This document shows, in pieces, positions 50,101 through 58,769 of a stretch of 64,000 nucleotides of DNA. The notes below the pieces were generated by a model, which saw only the letters and a list, made by a program, of their open reading frames with translations, was not told where the DNA came from and searched no databases. The number at the start of each line of letters is the position of its first letter. Positions within the stretch are counted from its first letter, which is position 1. The DNA is from Lysobacterales bacterium. GTDB taxonomy: Bacteria > Pseudomonadota > Gammaproteobacteria > Xanthomonadales > SZUA-38. The stretch is from assembly GCA_045106555.1 (NCBI GenBank), contig JBGCET010000010.1:21773-85772 (forward strand), read 5' to 3'. The position numbers and the translations under genes were made by a program.

Positions 50101-50986
50101 GGTCTTCTCGCAAATCCCCTCGCTGCGCTAGTGCAGCTTTCAGCCGCCGAATTTCTTCATCTCTGTCGGCCAACAATTGCCCTGCCGCCATGTTTTTGCG
50201 AATTTCGTGTTGGTAATGCGCATAGACCGATTGCTCCTGATCCATGAAGCTTGAGACCAACGGCATATCCGGCAAATACTCAGATCGAGCAGCACACACA
50301 GCAACAAAATACAGCGGAACCAATTTGGGTAGCGGCCCGGCTTCCAGTTGATCCCCATGGTGCACCAACGCTTGGTGTGCATCACCTTTGGGTGATTCGT
50401 CGTCTACTGGCCAAAGCAGCGACTGGAAGGCCATCGCCTGGCCCATCAGACGAACCGCCGGAAAATGTGCCTTGAGCAGGGTCATCAGCTCATCGCGGTA
50501 GAGTTCCTTGACGTGGTATTCGTTGGTGTAGCCAGAGGCGTCACTATAGGTTGCTCGGTCTGGTGAAGAAATCATCAAAAATCCACGGCTGTCCAGAACC
50601 CGAGAAAATTCCGTTAGCATTTGCGACTGCTGGGACAAGTGCTCCAACGTCTCGAAAGAGACAATGGCATCAAAACTGTTATCGCGGACAGGAATCCGGG
50701 TCACACTGGCCGTTAGAAACCGTAAATTGTCTGCGACGTAGCGCTTCCTGGCATGTTCAATCGCCTGAGAACTCAGATCGACGCCGTCAACGGTCGTTGC
50801 ACCACTCGCCAGCAGGGCGCTGCCATATCCTTCGCCGCACGCTGCGTCCAGCACTCGCCGCCCTTTTACCAATTCGGATGCCAGGGCGTATCGGTGCCAG
50901 TGCTCGTAGGCCATTTCCCGCACGCACTCAGGAGTAAATCTTTCGCCAGAAAAAGGGAGCTCCGGCGGGCTATCCGATGAAGTCAT
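50090..50986 (-). CDS. class I SAM-dependent methyltransferase with a short C-terminal coiled coil
   Basis: Motif I VLDAACGEGYGS, then DAIVSFETLEHL. The C-terminus LADRDEEIRRLKAALAQ is predicted helical. Confidence 0.85.
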   Translation of the reverse strand: MTSSDSPPELPFSGERFTPECVREMAYEHWHRYALASELVKGRRVLDAACGEGYGSALLASGATTVDGVDLSSQAIEHARKRYVADNLRFLTASVTRIPVRDNSFDAIVSFETLEHLSQQSQMLTEFSRVLDSRGFLMISSPDRATYSDASGYTNEYHVKELYRDELMTLLKAHFPAVRLMGQAMAFQSLLWPVDDESPKGDAHQALVHHGDQLEAGPLPKLVPLYFVAVCAARSEYLPDMPLVSSFMDQEQSVYAHYQHEIRKNMAAGQLLADRDEEIRRLKAALAQRGDLREDHGV

Positions 50987-51027
50987 TGTTGTTTGGATCG
51001 CTTTTTGGTCTCAACAGCGAAACAAGG

Positions 51028-51837
51028 TTAAAGGGTTTGTTGGTAGTTGGCCACGATTGCTTCACGAATGGGCCTGATGGGGTCTTGAGCAATGAAATCG
51101 GCAACCAGACGTTCGTAGTCAGGGTGACGCTCAAGCAGAATCCTCAGGTTTTCTCCGTTGGGCGTAATGTTGACCGGGGCAAAAGACCTGCCGCCGGAGT
51201 GGGCGACAAAAGCGTTGTCACACAGAACGTTGCGCCAGCCGGCATTCGCCGCGCGCCGACAAAAGTCATTTTCTTCTCCATATCCACGCCCAAAACACGG
51301 GTCAAACAATCCGAGCTCGGTCAGCGCGCGACGCCGGATAAACAGACAAAACCCGACGCCTGTCGGCAATTCGGGATATTGCTGACTATTGCAGCGATTA
51401 ACAGCGTCAGACCAGTCTGCAGATCCATCGGGCATTGGATTGTTGACGCAAAATTCCGGCAATGAACAAATTTCGGCGTTATTGGAAAAGGGTGTGGCGG
51501 TGGCGATATTGGGGTCGCTTTCCGCGCAACGTTCAAGGGCCTGTAGCCAGCCGGCAGTAACCTCGGTATCACTGTTGAGTAATACAACGTCTTGATCGGT
51601 CAGATCCATTGCCCGATTTGTTGTGCCAACAAAGCCCAGGTTTTGATCGTTTCTCAGCATCCGGGCATGGGTTCGCCGCGCACAAAATTCTGCTAACAGC
51701 TCTGTGACGCGAGGATCAGTAGAGGCGTCATCAATCAACAAATAGCGCTGATGACTCTCGCTGTGTTCGAGTAAGGACTGCAGACAGCGCTGTAAATAGG
51801 GAGCGGCATTAAAAACCGGGACGATAACTTCACTCAT
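51028..51837 (-). CDS. glycosyltransferase family 2
   Basis: [20 protein letters not shown]...[20 protein letters not shown]. Confidence 0.88.
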   Translation of the reverse strand: MSEVIVPVFNAAPYLQRCLQSLLEHSESHQRYLLIDDASTDPRVTELLAEFCARRTHARMLRNDQNLGFVGTTNRAMDLTDQDVVLLNSDTEVTAGWLQALERCAESDPNIATATPFSNNAEICSLPEFCVNNPMPDGSADWSDAVNRCNSQQYPELPTGVGFCLFIRRRALTELGLFDPCFGRGYGEENDFCRRAANAGWRNVLCDNAFVAHSGGRSFAPVNITPNGENLRILLERHPDYERLVADFIAQDPIRPIREAIVANYQQTL

Positions 51838-52969
51838 GGTCTAACCACCGGTGAGGCAGTCGCACGATGCCAAATTCTCGACCACGTCCGCCAATGCGAA
51901 TCATCCGCCGCAACGACCGGCCACATCGTTGGCCGTCAGCATCAACGGGCCATACATCCAGGCGCAAATTCCCCGGCAACCAGCTGCCCGGCAACTGGAG
52001 CTTCAGGCAGATCATGGCGGCCAACGGAACGGACCCGGAGCTGATAACCGCACCATCCAGTCGACACAGCTGCCAAAAAAATCGCGCGCCATCCCAAATG
52101 TGGGTTTCACCGGGGATATCGACCTGCGCATTAACCTCAATCTGGGCATCCTCCCAGTGACCGTGACTTGGCAACTGAAGATCCAGTTGATTGATCACAA
52201 TCGACCCCAGTGAACGCTCCTCATCAATCCGGCCTAACTTTTGTTCATGAAAAGCCAGGTAGTCCTGAGACACAGCAAATACGTCGCCGCTGGACCGAAT
52301 GCTGCCCTTATGCAGCCAAAGCGCTTGGGAACAAAGACGTTGGACTTGATACAGGCTATGAGACACCAGAAGCAGGGTCCCGCCTTCAGCCAGGTAAGAC
52401 TCCAACCAGGCAATACACTTTTTCTGAAACGACTCATCACCGACAGCCAGCACCTCATCGCTGACCAACACGTCAGGGCAGGTGGCGCTCATCACCGCAA
52501 AACCCAGCCGGACCACCATCCCGGAAGAGTAATGACCGACCGGTTCCTCAAAGGCGTCACCCAAGTCAGCAAAAGATGCCACCGCGGGGAGTGACGCGGC
52601 TGCCTGGCTTGGAGAAAGCCCTGCCAGTTCGCAGGCCGCCAACGCGTTGGCTCGCCCTGAGAGTTGCTCATCAAAACCTGTGCCTAGCTCGAGCATGGCC
52701 CCTATGCTTCCAGACAGAATAACTTCGCCCCCATCGGGTTGGACGATGCCCGCAATAATTTTCAACAGTGTGGATTTGCCTGCGCCGTTTTCGCCAACGA
52801 TTGCCACGGCGTCTCCACGGGAGACGGTAAACGAAACGTCTTTGAGAACCTCACGACCGGGCGGCGCAGGTCTTCCGAACAAAGCGCTGGACCATGCAGC
52901 GGCTGCCGCGCCAGGAGAGTCGGAGAATTGTTTGCATACACCATTGGCCAAAATGACCGGGGCTTCCAC
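51830..52969 (-). CDS. wzt: polysaccharide/O-antigen ABC exporter ATP-binding protein (Wzt/TagH type) with a C-terminal extension
   Basis: [24 protein letters not shown] signature, SDEVLAVGD Walker B. About 140 extra C-terminal residues, as in Wzt carbohydrate-binding domains. Confidence 0.85.
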   Translation of the reverse strand: MEAPVILANGVCKQFSDSPGAAAAAWSSALFGRPAPPGREVLKDVSFTVSRGDAVAIVGENGAGKSTLLKIIAGIVQPDGGEVILSGSIGAMLELGTGFDEQLSGRANALAACELAGLSPSQAAASLPAVASFADLGDAFEEPVGHYSSGMVVRLGFAVMSATCPDVLVSDEVLAVGDESFQKKCIAWLESYLAEGGTLLLVSHSLYQVQRLCSQALWLHKGSIRSSGDVFAVSQDYLAFHEQKLGRIDEERSLGSIVINQLDLQLPSHGHWEDAQIEVNAQVDIPGETHIWDGARFFWQLCRLDGAVISSGSVPLAAMICLKLQLPGSWLPGNLRLDVWPVDADGQRCGRSLRRMIRIGGRGREFGIVRLPHRWLDHE

Positions 52970-53748
52970 TAAAGGTACTCCTCCACCCGGGGGCGCAAAC
53001 GCTGAAAGTACTTAAGAGCCAGGATCAGAAGAAGCACAACCCCAATGAGCGCTATGCCATCACCGGCGACAGGTTGCCAACGATCTGTCAGTAACACTTC
53101 GCGCAATCGTTCAAACAGATAAGCCAGCGGGTTGAACCGATAAATAACCTGAAAACGATCTGGCACCATTTGTATGCTGTACAAAATAGGCGTCAGAAAA
53201 AACCCCAGCATGATAAACGCAGGCAATGCATGTCGCAGGTCCGGGAAATACACCTGGGTGATAGCCGCGATCAAACCCAGCGAAGCGGTAAAAAGAAATA
53301 TCAGCAGCACCGTCCCTATGGCGACCGGAAGCCCCAGCAAGCTAACCGGCGTGCCGGTTAACGCGAGCACCAGCAGAACCAAGACGTAGCCCAACATGGC
53401 CAACAAAAAGACTGCCGTTAACTTACTTAATACCACCACGTAGAGCGGCATCTGGACTTTGCCGATGAGATTGGCCGCATCCACAATAGAGCTGGTGGCT
53501 CGCATCAAACCATCAGCAAAGGCAGTCCAAGGCCACAGCGCTACCGCCAGATACGCTACAAACCCGGCACCAACCGCGTCGGGCAGCCGAACCTGGAGCA
53601 CCCGAGTAAACACGAAGGCGTAAATCGCCAGAACGGCCAGTGGCAGCAACAAAGCCCAGACAAAACCCAGCGTAGTATTGGCATAGGTTTCTTTCAGGTC
53701 TCTAATCAGCAGCAGGCGAAAGACCTGGTAATCCCGCCTAGTCGACAT
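52969..53748 (-). CDS. wzm: ABC-2 type polysaccharide exporter permease (Wzm)
   Basis: Six predicted TM helices. N-terminal [23 protein letters not shown] is typical of Wzm/TagG. The ATG at 53748 overlaps the upstream stop. Confidence 0.85.
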   Translation of the reverse strand: MSTRRDYQVFRLLLIRDLKETYANTTLGFVWALLLPLAVLAIYAFVFTRVLQVRLPDAVGAGFVAYLAVALWPWTAFADGLMRATSSIVDAANLIGKVQMPLYVVVLSKLTAVFLLAMLGYVLVLLVLALTGTPVSLLGLPVAIGTVLLIFLFTASLGLIAAITQVYFPDLRHALPAFIMLGFFLTPILYSIQMVPDRFQVIYRFNPLAYLFERLREVLLTDRWQPVAGDGIALIGVVLLLILALKYFQRLRPRVEEYL

Positions 53749-55240
53749 AAGCTTGTTGGCTGTATCGTGAGCGCAACGACGCCACCACATCAGGGTCTGC
53801 GTTAAAAGATAACTGGTGATATTCGTTCACGTGCAGGTTCCACAGCTTGTTTTCCTGAGACTGGCGAAACCGGGTTACCAAGGGTTTCTTAACCTCATTA
53901 AAAGACCGGGGAATGCCGCTGTGGCGGCTAATTAGGCAGACGAAAAAAAAGTTGCCGGCGAGGATTTCAATCTCGCTGCAATCGCCACTGCGTTTCAACG
54001 GAAAAGCCATTCTTGATTCCCGCACGGACGTCGGGTCGTTCTGTTCGTAGGTCACTTGCTCCGCGCTGACCGACGGCGGGGTGAAAGTGAGAACAAACTG
54101 AGCGCCGGTGGGCGTGCCGGCCATCTGACGGGTCCATTCAATATCCGCCAGGGCCGTGTGAGGTGGATCGGTTTCGGGTACCCGAAAGCGGGTAGCGACC
54201 AGCGCATCCGGACGTCGAAACTCCTGCTTGTTGGTCAGATAGTATTCCCGGGCCAGCGCCGCAAAGTCTCCCTGGCTATTCTTAGCCAGGTAGTAGGCTT
54301 TGTAAGCCCTCAACACGTTTTCTTCCAGTTCCAGCTGATAGCGGTGTAGGTACTCCGGAGAGTTTTCAACGGACCTTTTTTTGGCGATGGTCAACAACTG
54401 CTCATCCGGGTTGGCGCCCAGCGTTGCGACATACTTTTGTTCCCGCGTTCGTAGGTGTTCCTGAAAATAGTCGGCGCTTAGTCTGGGAATGGCGCTTTCC
54501 GGGGAGGCCATTTCCGGTGGATGACGCTCTTCCAGCAAGATAATGTGATACCCAAACTGGCTCTTCACCGGCCTGGACAGATCGCCTGGAGATTCAAGGG
54601 CGTACGCAGCGGACTCAAATTCCGGCACCGTGGCACCTGGTTCGACGCGGGGATAACGGCCTAGGTTTTGGTCTTTTGCGGGGTCTTCCGAGTAGCGGTT
54701 CACCGCTTCGTCGAAGTTAAGGTCTTTGCTGTTCAGGTCGGCCAATACTCTGTTGGCGATGAGCAGCGCCTCGGCGTCAGAGCGGCGATTGGTACTGATC
54801 AACACATGTCGAACTGACACCCGTGCTGACAGCATGAATTCACTCGGATTGGCCTCGTAGTAGGCCTGAGCGCGAGCGGCAAAATCGGGTAAGGGTTGGG
54901 CGTCCAACTCTTGCTGTAGCACCATGGTGACCAGTGATTTCTTGCGTGTTGCGGCTCTGATCTGTGGCAGATCCAGTGCGTCTGGCGGGCTATCGATGAT
55001 TGGCGTCACCATGGCTCGGCGCACCAGCATGGTCTCCAGGGTGTCGCCAATGCGTTTCGGGCTGTCAAACACCCCTGCTCTAACTTCCGTCGGCAGCTGC
55101 CCCGCCATGGCGTCCACATCGTCTAGAGTAATGATGGCGTCTCCCAGTTGGGCGACGACAGTGTCCGTGGGATAGGTTTCGGTCGTGAGAGGACTGATCG
55201 GCGCTATGGCAAGCGCGGCGGATAAAATGGCGAAGTTCAT
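53738..55240 (-). CDS. periplasmic SurA/PpiD-like peptidyl-prolyl isomerase (one parvulin domain plus a second degenerate one)
   Basis: Short signal-like N-terminus MNFAILSAALAIAP. Parvulin signature ...SEDP....GRY.....VPEFE.A...L..G..S.PV.SQFGYHIILLEE. A second parvulin-sized region lacks the catalytic pattern. Confidence 0.7.
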   Translation of the reverse strand: MNFAILSAALAIAPISPLTTETYPTDTVVAQLGDAIITLDDVDAMAGQLPTEVRAGVFDSPKRIGDTLETMLVRRAMVTPIIDSPPDALDLPQIRAATRKKSLVTMVLQQELDAQPLPDFAARAQAYYEANPSEFMLSARVSVRHVLISTNRRSDAEALLIANRVLADLNSKDLNFDEAVNRYSEDPAKDQNLGRYPRVEPGATVPEFESAAYALESPGDLSRPVKSQFGYHIILLEERHPPEMASPESAIPRLSADYFQEHLRTREQKYVATLGANPDEQLLTIAKKRSVENSPEYLHRYQLELEENVLRAYKAYYLAKNSQGDFAALAREYYLTNKQEFRRPDALVATRFRVPETDPPHTALADIEWTRQMAGTPTGAQFVLTFTPPSVSAEQVTYEQNDPTSVRESRMAFPLKRSGDCSEIEILAGNFFFVCLISRHSGIPRSFNEVKKPLVTRFRQSQENKLWNLHVNEYHQLSFNADPDVVASLRSRYSQQAYVD

Positions 55241-55276
55241 TGTTGGCCCGGCGGTGTTTCAATCAATGATATGACA

Positions 55277-55306
55277 ACGGCCCTGTGGATAGTTCCACAA
55301 GGCCGT
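55277..55306. terminator. hairpin between the 356-aa gene and the PPIase gene
   Basis: ACGGCCCTGTGGA-tagt-TCCACAAGGCCGT (one mismatch), 34 nt downstream of the 55340 stop on the minus strand. No clean U-tract on that strand. Confidence 0.35.
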
Positions 55307-55339
55307 GTCAGGTTTTGCGTGCGAGATGGAACCCGGCGC

Positions 55340-56362
55340 TTAGGGAATACCCAGGAACGCGCAGCTTGCGCCGTCGTTACACTGATTTTGCCCGGTGCTG
55401 TCTGTATGTCGAACGTTCAGATAATACTGTTGTGTGGGCCCACTTTCCAACGGGCAGGCGTTGCCGGATCCGATGATGGTGAGAATCTCTCCGCCTTCCG
55501 TGCCTGAATTGACTAAACACCGGAAGCTGTCATAGCCAACGCCGTTGAAATCCCCTGGGCAACGGCTGATGCTGACTTGCGTTGCACCACCGTTAGTGGG
55601 TCCGCCAACCCAGTTCATGTTTAACTCAGTGCCAATGGGCAAATCGGCGTAGAACGGCAGGGCCACATAGGTATTTCTTGGAATATTGACGGAGGTTGCG
55701 GTTTCTCCGGGATAGGGACCCCATACCTCGTCGAAATTACGCTTGGATTGGCCATTGGGCGGATTGGAAAACTGCGCTCTGAAGGTGTTAATTGGCAGAG
55801 TTCGGCCGGCGGGTTGAGTTCCACAGAATGATGGGGGTGGTGGGAATCCATCCGCGCCTCCTGTAGGAGGCCCTGTGCCTGTGACCGTTACCGCTACGTC
55901 GTCTGTGTCTGTGTTCTCGCATGTGATCGAGAAAGTTGTACTGGTATCTGGGGTGTACGTGCCTGAACCACCACTGGGGGAAGCAGCAAAGTCGGTTCGC
56001 CACGCTGCGGTTCCGCCTGTTGCCGTGCAGTTGGTCGCTTCAGAGATTCCCGTAGCACTCCAACTGGCTGTCACCGTGTCACCGTCGTCGACGGTGGTCG
56101 GGGTAACCGTCAGATCCACAACGATGGCGCCGCCTGGGCTGCCGAAACAGGTTGGGAGATCGTTGTCGTCGACGTCCAGGATTAAGTTGCCCGTTGCGGC
56201 ATCAACCGTGACGGAACTATCGACCTGAAGGGGGACTGCGCAAGGCCCATCATCCAGGGCCAGGATCACGCTTTGCCCAAATACCGGTTGGGCAACAACG
56301 AAAGCAGTGACTGTGCTGAGAAGCAACACGGGCCATCTACAGTTAAATTTTTGATTTTTCAT
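55340..56362 (-). CDS. secreted Cys-rich protein of unknown function
   Basis: The ATG at 56362 gives the signal peptide MKNQKFNCRWPVLLLSTVTAFVVAQPVFG|Q. An Ig-like T/D-rich segment (TVTPTTVDDGDTVTASWSATG...TFSITCENT), and about 14 Cys in total. Confidence 0.6.
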   Translation of the reverse strand: MKNQKFNCRWPVLLLSTVTAFVVAQPVFGQSVILALDDGPCAVPLQVDSSVTVDAATGNLILDVDDNDLPTCFGSPGGAIVVDLTVTPTTVDDGDTVTASWSATGISEATNCTATGGTAAWRTDFAASPSGGSGTYTPDTSTTFSITCENTDTDDVAVTVTGTGPPTGGADGFPPPPSFCGTQPAGRTLPINTFRAQFSNPPNGQSKRNFDEVWGPYPGETATSVNIPRNTYVALPFYADLPIGTELNMNWVGGPTNGGATQVSISRCPGDFNGVGYDSFRCLVNSGTEGGEILTIIGSGNACPLESGPTQQYYLNVRHTDSTGQNQCNDGASCAFLGIP

Positions 56363-56487
56363 GGTTCTATAGGCCATTGGCAATTCGTGTACAGCATACA
56401 GGCGATTCATTAACGTTTGGTAAAACGCCTGTTATGGGAGCATTAGCATTATGCAGTAGATAGACGAACAACAGCGTTATTTCACCC

Positions 56488-56516
56488 AAAAAAAGAGGGG
56501 GCCAAAAGGCCCCCTC
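56488..56516 (-). terminator. strong rho-independent terminator of the 548-aa gene
   Basis: Minus strand reads GAGGGGGCC-tttt-GGCCCCCTC followed by TTTTTTT, about 30 nt after the stop. Confidence 0.85.
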
Positions 56517-56546
56517 CTAAGACATTGCTGTCTTTCAGGTACTAAC

Positions 56547-58193
56547 TTAGCTGCCTGCGATAGACCGGCTGGCGCGATGGCCAAACAGTCCAGCGTAGTT
56601 TGACAGCACAGAGTTACCAGCTGAATCAGCCAGCGTACCGTTTTGTACTACGGTGATTTGGAAACCGGTCACCGGCAGACCCAGGTAGGTATCACCGTCG
56701 TCTGAAGTGTACGCGTGGTCTCCACGTCCCAGAGTATCGCTGGTGAAGTTAATCGTCGCCCAACCATTCTCATACGAGGTACCGGCTACGGTAGCTGTAG
56801 AGATGTTCTCAGAGTTGGGTGAACCCAGGATTGACGATGGGCCGGTGTTGTCTTCCTGACCGAAGGTAATAACCTGCGCTTCATAACACAGCTGCGGCGC
56901 TTGGGCACGAGCTGGGTCAAACGGCGAGAAGTTAACCTGACCAGGAGTCTGTCCCGGATCACCTTCCTCACGGTCGGTGAAGGAAATACCGATTTCCTCA
57001 CATGATGCGCCATCAGCAATCTGCTCATCGTTGTAGGTTACGGTGAACGGTGCCAACGCGGGGATTTGATCCACGTAGAAACGCTTGGTCGGGAACGTCA
57101 TAACCCATTCGGTTGCGCCGTTAAGCACAGAATCGATGGCGTATTCGTTATAAATGTTGTTGTGCATGTAGATCGCACTAACCGCATTAATTCGACCAGC
57201 ATTAGGCACCAGGGTGCCAGAGCCCGGAGGGCTTTCTACGAGAAGGTTCGCGTCCCAATCAGAGGTAACGATTCGACCGTTGTCAAACACGGTAGATTGA
57301 ACGATGAAGTTCGAACCAGAGGTTGCAGCAGTGTTTGCCTGTCTCAGGGTCGGCTCTTCAGATCCTGGCAGAGCGTGCAGCGTTAACGGTGCACCAATGT
57401 CGGCCGGGTTAGGATCATAGAACGCAGCAATAGCGTCAGCGTTGAAGCCAACCTGCGTACCGTTCAGCACGTTGATGATAGAGGCAGAACCGAACAGACC
57501 ACCTTCTGGGGTGCGAACGTCGGTGTCAGCTCCACGATCTCCGGTGGCGTTCCAGATTCCACCAGGAACCCAGGCAGCAACCAGCGCGGCACAGTCGAAA
57601 GGAATTCCGTCAACGCCGTGGATAGCAGCTGCTTCCAGATCGGTGTCTTGCAGATCAACGTCTTCGTCAACAATTCCCATCTCGATAACTTCGAAGTGAC
57701 CTTCGCGAGTACGCTCAGGAGACTGGTCGGTTACGTCAACGCCAGGAATGGTCTCGTCTTCGTCAAAACGGATAGTTTTGAAGTTAACGTAAGGAATCCC
57801 AGCACCCAGGGTGCCGTCATTCTGGGCGAAGAAAGATGGAACGGTGCACGACCGGTCAGCGGTAGCAACTGCGGCCAAGCCACTGTCGTCGCCTTGAGGA
57901 TCGGTAACAACACCGGTCCACACGTCGAACGGTGACAGGTACAAGTTAAAGTCAAGCACTTCGCGAGAGTTCTTAGAATCTACGAAGCGAACCTTGACAG
58001 CCTTCACGTCGTTCGTGGTGTTGACGACGGACAGCAGTGTGTCGTTGCCACCATTAACGGTGTAGAACGGGTAGATCAGTACTTCACCCAGCCCGTCAGG
58101 ATTCAGGTTTACAGCATTGGCGATACCAGCGAGACCGGCGACACCGCCGATTCCAGCCAGCACGGCATTAGTTAAGGTATTTCTCTTCATCAC
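56547..58193 (-). CDS. abundant-looking secreted protein of unknown function
   Basis: Signal peptide MMKRNTLTNAVLAGIGGVAGLAGIANA|V. AGGAG lies 8 nt upstream of the ATG. The gene has its own terminator. Visibly different codon choice (GGT, CGT, GTA, ACC, AAC rich) and lower GC than its neighbours. No catalytic motif recognised. Confidence 0.65.
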   Translation of the reverse strand: MMKRNTLTNAVLAGIGGVAGLAGIANAVNLNPDGLGEVLIYPFYTVNGGNDTLLSVVNTTNDVKAVKVRFVDSKNSREVLDFNLYLSPFDVWTGVVTDPQGDDSGLAAVATADRSCTVPSFFAQNDGTLGAGIPYVNFKTIRFDEDETIPGVDVTDQSPERTREGHFEVIEMGIVDEDVDLQDTDLEAAAIHGVDGIPFDCAALVAAWVPGGIWNATGDRGADTDVRTPEGGLFGSASIINVLNGTQVGFNADAIAAFYDPNPADIGAPLTLHALPGSEEPTLRQANTAATSGSNFIVQSTVFDNGRIVTSDWDANLLVESPPGSGTLVPNAGRINAVSAIYMHNNIYNEYAIDSVLNGATEWVMTFPTKRFYVDQIPALAPFTVTYNDEQIADGASCEEIGISFTDREEGDPGQTPGQVNFSPFDPARAQAPQLCYEAQVITFGQEDNTGPSSILGSPNSENISTATVAGTSYENGWATINFTSDTLGRGDHAYTSDDGDTYLGLPVTGFQITVVQNGTLADSAGNSVLSNYAGLFGHRASRSIAGS

Positions 58194-58347
58194 AACACTC
58201 CTAAAGCAAAGTACAGGGCGACTTTGATTTCAATTTACAGGCGTAACTTGCCGTTTATTAACTTACTGTAGGCAAGATTGACGCTATGGTACGACAAAGC
58301 ACCTGGTGGTGCAATCCCTAGCCAGGGGCCAGAGAAAGCGACGCAAA

Positions 58348-58746
58348 TTACTGTTTTGGTACGTAAAACCAGGTGTTATTTTGCTTGATCCAGTTTTCCG
58401 GAACAATTTTTGTGGACTCAAAAACCCGGGCTCCCGGCACTCTTGGCTGAACTCGGTAGTCGATCTCAACCTTGGCACTGCAGGTATCGGGTTCACAAGG
58501 GCCGATCTCGCCTACCCGGACGGCCAGCCAGGGTATCGTCCGGCTGGACATGGCGCGAACAAAGGTCGCCTCGCTATTGATGCTGCGGTAACCCGGCGAG
58601 TAGTACTGATAAGCCGCCGCGTATTCTCCGACAACCAGCAAGTCCCACTTGGCCGCAATCCGCTGCTCCAGTGTTTCGGGCTGCCCGGGCATTGAGGCGC
58701 AGGCCGCCAGGGTGGCAAGTAAAACGATGGTCAAAAACGATTTCAC
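58348..58746 (-). CDS. small lipoprotein (candidate secretin pilotin/accessory)
   Basis: Lipobox LLATLAA|C, 132 aa, starting 24 nt downstream of the secretin stop on the same strand. Confidence 0.6.
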   Translation of the reverse strand: MKSFLTIVLLATLAACASMPGQPETLEQRIAAKWDLLVVGEYAAAYQYYSPGYRSINSEATFVRAMSSRTIPWLAVRVGEIGPCEPDTCSAKVEIDYRVQPRVPGARVFESTKIVPENWIKQNNTWFYVPKQ

Positions 58747-58769
58747 GACTCTTTCCTTATTAATGTTGG

